Shown here: positions 58,645 to 64,000 of the stretch, piece after piece
Numbering within the stretch: the stretch's first letter is position 1
Layout of the letters: every line of letters begins with the position of its first letter
DNA from: Nibricoccus sp.
GTDB lineage: Bacteria; Verrucomicrobiota; Verrucomicrobiia; Opitutales; Opitutaceae
DNA length: 64,000 nucleotides
Direction of reading: 5' to 3'
Assembly (NCBI GenBank): GCA_047602425.1
Contig: JASGHG010000001.1
Span: forward strand, 4,608,001 to 4,672,000
The notes under the pieces: model-generated
What the model saw: only the letters and a program-made list of their open reading frames with translations
What the model was told of the DNA's origin: nothing
Databases searched by the model: none
Made by a program: the position numbers and the translations under genes

Positions 58645-59616
58645 ATGCCCAAAAGTACTTTGAAAAGAATGCCGCCGAAGAAACGTCCGAGGAAGGCGAA
58701 GGCTAGTACGCGGGGGGCGGAGGCGAAGGAGGCGGTGTTGGCGGAGTTGACTGGTTTGGCGGCGGAGACCAAGGCGGCGATTGAGCGCGTGGGCGGTGTG
58801 GTGGTTGGGCAATATGCCGAACCGATTGGCAGGCATCCGTTGTTGCTCGCGGTGTTGCCGATCGAGGCGTTGGCGCCGACTCCTTTTCAGCGCGATGTGT
58901 CGGATATGCATCACAAGCGGTTGGCGGATGTCATCGATCGCACAGGGATGTATCTCGATCCGATTATAGCCATCACAGCTCCTGAGATGGGCTTCTGGAC
59001 TCCCAACGGCGGACACCGTCTCGCGGCGATGCAGCGATTGGGTGCGAAGTCGATCACCGCGTTGGTGGTGCCGAAGCGCGAAGTGGCCTGGCAGATTCTC
59101 GCGCTCAATACGGAGAAGGCGCACAACTTGAAGGACAAGTCGCTCGAGGTGATTCGGATTTTTCGCAATCTGCTCGAAGACAACGCGAGCAAGGCCGAGA
59201 AGGAATTCGCGTACTATTTCGAGGAGGCGGCGTTGATCACGATGGGCCTATGCTACGAGAAGAACGCGCGTTTCAGTGGAGGTGTTTATAATTCGTTCGT
59301 GAGGCGTCTGACGGCCTTCAGCGAAGAATCGCTGACGAAGGCATTGAAAGTGCACGAGCGTCACGCGGAGCTGTTGCTGGAACTCGACGTGAAGGTGGCC
59401 GAGGTGGTGGCGAAGCTGAAGGCGAAGGGCTTTGTCAGTCCGTACCTGAAGACTTTCGTGGTGGCGCGTTCGAATCCGCTGCGCTTCATGAAGGAGCCGC
59501 CGGAGCTGGAAGACTTGATCGCCACGATTCGCGGGAAGGTCGAACGATTCAATGTCGACAAAATCAAAGCGGAGGACATCAGCGCCAGCGGTGGTGGTGG
59601 TGCGGATGAAGAGTAG
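58645..59616 (+). CDS. ParB/Srx N-terminal domain protein
   Basis: PTPFQRD, PNGGHRLAA (GxxR-like) and LNTEK motifs. Confidence 0.75.
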   Translation: MPKSTLKRMPPKKRPRKAKASTRGAEAKEAVLAELTGLAAETKAAIERVGGVVVGQYAEPIGRHPLLLAVLPIEALAPTPFQRDVSDMHHKRLADVIDRTGMYLDPIIAITAPEMGFWTPNGGHRLAAMQRLGAKSITALVVPKREVAWQILALNTEKAHNLKDKSLEVIRIFRNLLEDNASKAEKEFAYYFEEAALITMGLCYEKNARFSGGVYNSFVRRLTAFSEESLTKALKVHERHAELLLELDVKVAEVVAKLKAKGFVSPYLKTFVVARSNPLRFMKEPPELEDLIATIRGKVERFNVDKIKAEDISASGGGGADEE

Positions 59617-59748
59617 GAGCGGAGCTTGGAGTCGGAGTAGGCCACAGAGGGCACGGAGCTCGGACACAGAGGTCACTGAGGGACGACGGAGGATAAATGG
59701 AGGAAGCTTTTCAACCACTGGTGCGCGACGCCGATAACGTCGAAAGAA

Positions 59749-61710
59749 TCAGCGGCGTTTGATGACGGGCGTTGGAGCGGCTTTGGACTTGGGCGATGGT
59801 TTGGCAGTCGACGCCGTTTCGCGGGGTGGATTGTGGTCGGTTGGTTTTTCGGGCTGGAGCGCCTCTGGGGTGGCCTCCTCGGACATGACCATGGATTTGA
59901 GATTGGTGACGGAATTGAAGATGTGTCCCACCTGGTTGCGCATTTCGTTGGAGGCGCCAGCGTTTTCTTCGGCGGCGGCGGAAGTGCGCTGGGTGATGTC
60001 GTCGACCTTGCGGATCGCGTCGTTGATTTGAGTGATGCTGTGCGCAGTTTGCTGCGAGGCGGCTTCCACCTCCTGCACGATTTTGTGGTAGTCGGCGGTG
60101 ATGGTGGAAATCTGGTTGAAACGTTTTTCGGCGCGCTGGCCGAGATCGGCGCCGTGAGTGCTGTTTTTGACGGCGGACTCAATCTTCGTGGCGGTTTCCC
60201 GGGCAGCTTGCGCGGAACGGGCGGCCAGGCTGCGGACTTCCTCGGCGACCACGGCGAAGCCAGCTCCGGCCTCACCGGCGCGGGCGGCTTCGATGGCGGC
60301 GTTTAGGGCGAGGATGTTGGTTTGAAAAGCGATCTCGTCGATGGTTTTGAGAATGGAGGCGACGTCGGCGGTGGACTGCTGGATGTCGACGAGAGCGGTG
60401 CTGAGTTCGGCGACGTTCTTTGTCCCGTGTTCCGTGGACTGCGAAGCCTCCGCGGCCATGGCGGCCATTTTCTTCATGTGGGAAAGGGTTGCCTCGTTCG
60501 TGGCAGCAAGCTCGTTCATGGAAGCGGCGATTTCTTCCAGGGCGGCGGCTTGTTCGCAGGCATCGGTGCTCAGGTGCTCGCTGGTGCCCATGATGGCATC
60601 TGCCGAATGGTTCGCGCTGGCGGCGGTTTCATCGAGTTCCTTGCTCACGTGGAGCAGAGGGCGCGTGATGCTGCGGGAAATGCGCAGCATGAGATAGGTA
60701 ATGCCGGCGATGAGGAGCAGGCTGGCGCCGCCGAGCACAAAAAGATTTCGACGCGCGACGGCGAGATGGCCGATGGCATAGTCCTCGACCTCGCGTGTGC
60801 CGAGGGAGGTCAGGGTGCGGAAAAGCGGTTCGATGCGGGCGCTTGGGCCAGACATGTAGTCACTGTGCGTGCCGAGTTCGCTGAAGTCGGGTGCTTGCGA
60901 ACCGAGTTCGACTGCGCGACGGGCTTTGGAGATAATGGCTTGGTAGTCGTTGTCTGCCTGGATCTCCTTCAATTTGTCGAGGACGGCGGTTGAAGCGAAA
61001 CCGGTGAGCCGCATCAATTGTTCCTCGATGTTGCTGAGCTTGAGCTTGATCTCGGCATAGGCATTCAGCGGCATCTTGTTGTTTCGAAGTACGGTCGCCA
61101 CGAGTCCCTTGAGTTTCCAGAGATCTTTTTGAAGCCGGGCGATGTTGTCCTGGGTGACGATGCGCCGAACCAATTCGCCGTCGTTCGTTTCGTTGCAGAC
61201 GATGGGCAAAATGCTCGCATGGGTGATAAGGGCGAGATCGTAGGTTCTTAGCGTTTTGGTTTTAAGCGGCGATTCGTCGCGGACGACCACTTGGGGCCGG
61301 GAGGGATCGAGGAGTTCGGCACGGAGACCTTCAAGGTCCGCCTCGGCAGCGATGCTGGCTTTGAGGCCGGCTTTAAGGCGATCGGAAAACGCGTCGTTGT
61401 GTGCTTCAACAAAGGATTTCAGTTCGGCGAGACTGGCATGTGTGGCGTCGACGCTGGATTTGAAGGCGATCAACTGCTGTTGGGGTGTGCCGTCGCCGAG
61501 AAACGTGGAGGCACCGTAGCCGGCTTTCCGTTCCGCGGTGAGGTTGATCGAAAGCGTGGCGGCGAGATTCGAAACCAGGGTGGTTTCCCGGAAGGAGGCG
61601 AGGTGGGCAAAATCTCGAAAAACCAAAAGATAAAACAAACCGACAAAAAGCGCGATCAATGCGACAGATACAACGCTTAGGGCGATCAGCTTGGATTGGA
61701 TTTTACGCAT
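59749..61710 (-). CDS. Methyl-accepting chemotaxis protein
   Basis: Two TM helices and the [37 protein letters not shown] hairpin tip. Confidence 0.93.
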   Translation of the reverse strand: MRKIQSKLIALSVVSVALIALFVGLFYLLVFRDFAHLASFRETTLVSNLAATLSINLTAERKAGYGASTFLGDGTPQQQLIAFKSSVDATHASLAELKSFVEAHNDAFSDRLKAGLKASIAAEADLEGLRAELLDPSRPQVVVRDESPLKTKTLRTYDLALITHASILPIVCNETNDGELVRRIVTQDNIARLQKDLWKLKGLVATVLRNNKMPLNAYAEIKLKLSNIEEQLMRLTGFASTAVLDKLKEIQADNDYQAIISKARRAVELGSQAPDFSELGTHSDYMSGPSARIEPLFRTLTSLGTREVEDYAIGHLAVARRNLFVLGGASLLLIAGITYLMLRISRSITRPLLHVSKELDETAASANHSADAIMGTSEHLSTDACEQAAALEEIAASMNELAATNEATLSHMKKMAAMAAEASQSTEHGTKNVAELSTALVDIQQSTADVASILKTIDEIAFQTNILALNAAIEAARAGEAGAGFAVVAEEVRSLAARSAQAARETATKIESAVKNSTHGADLGQRAEKRFNQISTITADYHKIVQEVEAASQQTAHSITQINDAIRKVDDITQRTSAAAEENAGASNEMRNQVGHIFNSVTNLKSMVMSEEATPEALQPEKPTDHNPPRETASTAKPSPKSKAAPTPVIKRR

Positions 61711-61804
61711 GGGGCGGAGATCCAGCGGACGCCAAACGGGGACTGGGGTGTTTACCTGGGTGCCAGAGATGCGGCGCTGGAAAATCCGATATGCTGGCAG
61801 CCCA

Positions 61805-61831
61805 TCATCGGCTTTTGGGTCTGTTCCTTTA
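61805..61831 (-). promoter_or_regulatory. Sigma28 (FliA)-type promoter of the chemoreceptor gene
   Basis: Minus strand TAAA-N15-GCCGATGA against the consensus TAAA-N15-GCCGATAA, about 95 nt upstream of the MCP start. Confidence 0.75.
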
Positions 61832-61893
61832 GATTGGTTGGCCGGCTAGTAGTTAGCTTTTGTCGATGTTAAGCGGGACTACTGGGACGGCCG

Positions 61894-62152
61894 GAGGACA
61901 GATGCCGGAGGCCGGAAGACGGAGCGGAGGTCGGAAGTCAGAGGTCGGAGGTCGGATGTCGGGGGACAGAGGCAGAGGGCGGAAGCCAGGTGGCAGAAGC
62001 CAGATCCCAGATGCCGGAAGTCGGAGGTCGGAGGACAGAGACCAAGCCTTGAGCGAAGTTGATATGGCCCGCTATCGCCGCGCTACGCGCTCCGTCCGAC
62101 TTCTGATCTCCGACATCCGGCTTCTGGCTTCCGGGCTCCGACTTCCGTCCTC
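61894..62152. repeat. Head-to-head heptamer array
   Basis: About 22 GA(A/G/T)G(T/C/A)C(G/A) units at 61894-62044, a 52-nt spacer, then 8 inverted units (CGACTTC, TGATCTC, CGACATC...) at 62097-62152. Confidence 0.88.
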
Positions 62153-63806
62153 AGGAAGCGGAGCCGACGGGGTGGGGGGCGGCTGGTTCGGGGGCTTCGG
62201 CGGCGAGGGCGTTGAGGGCGGCGTCGAGGGCTTGCACGCCGATGGGTTTGGTCAGGTGCACCTTGAAACCGGCGGCACGGCTGCGGGCGATGTCGGCCTC
62301 GGTGCCATAGCCGGAAAGCGCGATCGCACGGAGCGCGGGTTGCGCGCGGAGCTGTTCCATGAGTTCGTAACCCTCACCATCAGGAAGGCCCAAATCGGAA
62401 AGGACAATGTCGTACGAATCCGATTCCAATTGTGCGCGGGCTTCGGCGAGAGTGCCGGCGAAGGACACCTGATAGCCGCGGCGGCGGAGAAGCTGACCCA
62501 GCGAAAGACGCGTGGGGGCATGATCCTCGACGACGAGAAGTTTTTGATGAACTTCCGTCGGTGGCTGCGACGGGGTGCTACAGGTAGGGACGGGCATCGG
62601 TTTTTCCGCGCCAGCGAGGGGAAACGTGAGTGTGAACGTGGCGCCGCGGCCGAGACCCTCGCTGTGGGCGGCGATGGTGCCGCGGTGCAGTTCGACGAGT
62701 TTGCGCGAGATGGCGAGGCCGAGTCCCAGTCCGCCGAAACGATGGCCGGCGGAGATCGTATTTTTTCCCTGGGCGAACGCTTGGAAAACGCGATCCAAGT
62801 CGGCGGCGTCCATGCCGATGCCGTTGTCCGTTATTTTTATCACGATGGAAGAATCGTCGCGATTGAACGTCTCGATGGTGATGTTTCCGGAGCGCGGCGT
62901 AAACTTCGCGGCGTTTTTGAGCACATTCCAAAAGACCTGCTGCAGGCGAGTAAGGTCACCCAGGATGACGGATTTTTCAGCGCCCCACGCGGTATTAACG
63001 GTGAGCAACTTTTGCAGCATTTCCGATTGCGTGGTGGTGAGGGCGGCGCGGACGGCCTCGTGCGCATCGAGCCGTTGCAAGTCGAGCTTGAGCTTGTCGT
63101 GGGTGATGCGGGTGAGATCGAGCAGATCGTCGATCAACTGGGCCTCGAGCGCGACATTGCGGGCAATCAGACCGAAATCGTTGCGAACGGTTTCGGGCAA
63201 CGATTCGTCCGCGGCAGCGTCGGTCGCGAGCAGGAGCACGGGGTTCAGCGGCGTGCGCAGTTCATGCGAAAGCGCGGCGAGAAATTCATCCTTGGCGCGG
63301 CTGGCTTGCTGGGCGGCGTCGCGGGCTTGCAAGAGGTCCTTGAGCAGTTTTTGCACCTCGTATTGGCGACGTCGGGAGCGGAGGGATACCTCGATGGTCT
63401 TGACCAGTGTCTCGGGCCGGAACGGGCGTTCGATCAACGCGATGTTGGTGTTGCTGGAGGTGGCAATGCGTTCGATTTGTTGCTGGTTGTAAGAAGTTCG
63501 GCTCGAAACCAACGTGACCGGGATTTCCGACCAGGTCGGTTGCGATTTCAGCAAGTCGAAGAGCCGTTCGGCGGCGGCGGGCGTGAGGGCTTCCTCGGCG
63601 ATCAGGATCGCGCCGCAGCCCTCGACGATCTTCGCGCAGAGGTCGGCGGGATTGGCGACGACGACCGCTTTGAAATTTGCGTCGGTGAGGAAAGTGCCGG
63701 TGAGCCGCGCGTCATTGGCGGTGGGAGCCAGGATAAGAATTCTATCCTGAATTTCCGCAGGGACCTCGTTCGGCCAGGTCACGTGTGATGAATCTCTGGT
63801 GGCCAT
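62151..63806 (-). CDS. Cytoplasmic hybrid histidine kinase (pseudo-receiver + HisKA/HATPase + receiver)
   Basis: LSHELRTPL, NAAKFT, DNGIG, GGLGLGL motifs and a C-terminal VVEDH...SDLGLPD...KP receiver. Confidence 0.9.
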   Translation of the reverse strand: MATRDSSHVTWPNEVPAEIQDRILILAPTANDARLTGTFLTDANFKAVVVANPADLCAKIVEGCGAILIAEEALTPAAAERLFDLLKSQPTWSEIPVTLVSSRTSYNQQQIERIATSSNTNIALIERPFRPETLVKTIEVSLRSRRRQYEVQKLLKDLLQARDAAQQASRAKDEFLAALSHELRTPLNPVLLLATDAAADESLPETVRNDFGLIARNVALEAQLIDDLLDLTRITHDKLKLDLQRLDAHEAVRAALTTTQSEMLQKLLTVNTAWGAEKSVILGDLTRLQQVFWNVLKNAAKFTPRSGNITIETFNRDDSSIVIKITDNGIGMDAADLDRVFQAFAQGKNTISAGHRFGGLGLGLAISRKLVELHRGTIAAHSEGLGRGATFTLTFPLAGAEKPMPVPTCSTPSQPPTEVHQKLLVVEDHAPTRLSLGQLLRRRGYQVSFAGTLAEARAQLESDSYDIVLSDLGLPDGEGYELMEQLRAQPALRAIALSGYGTEADIARSRAAGFKVHLTKPIGVQALDAALNALAAEAPEPAAPHPVGSAS

Positions 63807-63815
63807 GACAACGTC

Positions 63816-64000
63816 TTAAAGAGTGGCGCCATTTTCCACGGTGGGAGCACCCGAGAGAACGCCGGTGAGATTGGTGAGAGGCTCGCCGACCTGTATGCCA
63901 CTCTCGCTGATCTTCATTTCCCTAATCGTGCGCTCGTGGCGGCCGCTGCGTTTTTTCACGACAGAAATGGCCTGTCGCACTCCGCCGCCAAATTCGAAAT
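63816..64000 (-). CDS. KaiC-like (RecA-superfamily) ATPase, C-terminal fragment at the window edge
   Basis: Manual translation FEFGGGVRQAISVVKKRSGRHERTIREMKISESGIQVGEPLTNLTGVLSGAPTVENGATL*, resembling the KaiC CII C-terminus. Confidence 0.75.
   Translation of the reverse strand, partial: FEFGGGVRQAISVVKKRSGRHERTIREMKISESGIQVGEPLTNLTGVLSGAPTVENGATL

Noticed and set aside
61894..62152. Possible CRISPR array
   Set aside because: Tandem 7-mers without unique spacers, and no cas genes in the window.
61860..63788. 642-aa plus-strand ORF
   Set aside because: Translated heptamer array fused to the antisense shadow of the kinase.

Overview
GC-rich bacterial chromosomal segment, most likely from Verrucomicrobiota (Opitutaceae-like). 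This is an inference from gene content (exosortase, propeller hybrid kinase, PilX-like cassette), not from a marker gene. The backbone is housekeeping and metabolic: dtd, fabV, leuB, ribD, rdgB, metG, isochorismate synthase, uxaB-uxaA, pgi, ilvD, scpB-pheA and rimO. Accessory parts are: (i) an acyl-CoA dehydrogenase / FixCX-type oxidoreductase / divergent ETF-beta / ETF-alpha set, split by about 6.6 kb of regulator, reductase and kinase genes; (ii) an AT-richer three-gene minor-pilin/adhesin cassette behind a NarL-type two-component pair; (iii) a Tat-exported GH5 next to a signal-peptide-bearing AGE-family epimerase; (iv) one complete IS5-family element with a CTAG duplication; (v) a signalling region with a KaiC-like ATPase, hybrid kinase and sigma28-driven chemoreceptor. 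The most unusual signal is a family of short-period repeats. 7-nt units form a head-to-head array at 61.9-62.15 kb, a frame-preserving 9x7-nt tract inside scpB, and a tract inside a four-helix-bundle (23S-IVP/Avd-like) gene. 9-nt-period arms sit at several gene junctions. An unannotated 34-aa basic ORF and a METTL17/Rsm22-like protein with four candidate Fe-S cysteines also stand out. No rRNA, tRNA or CRISPR array was recognised.
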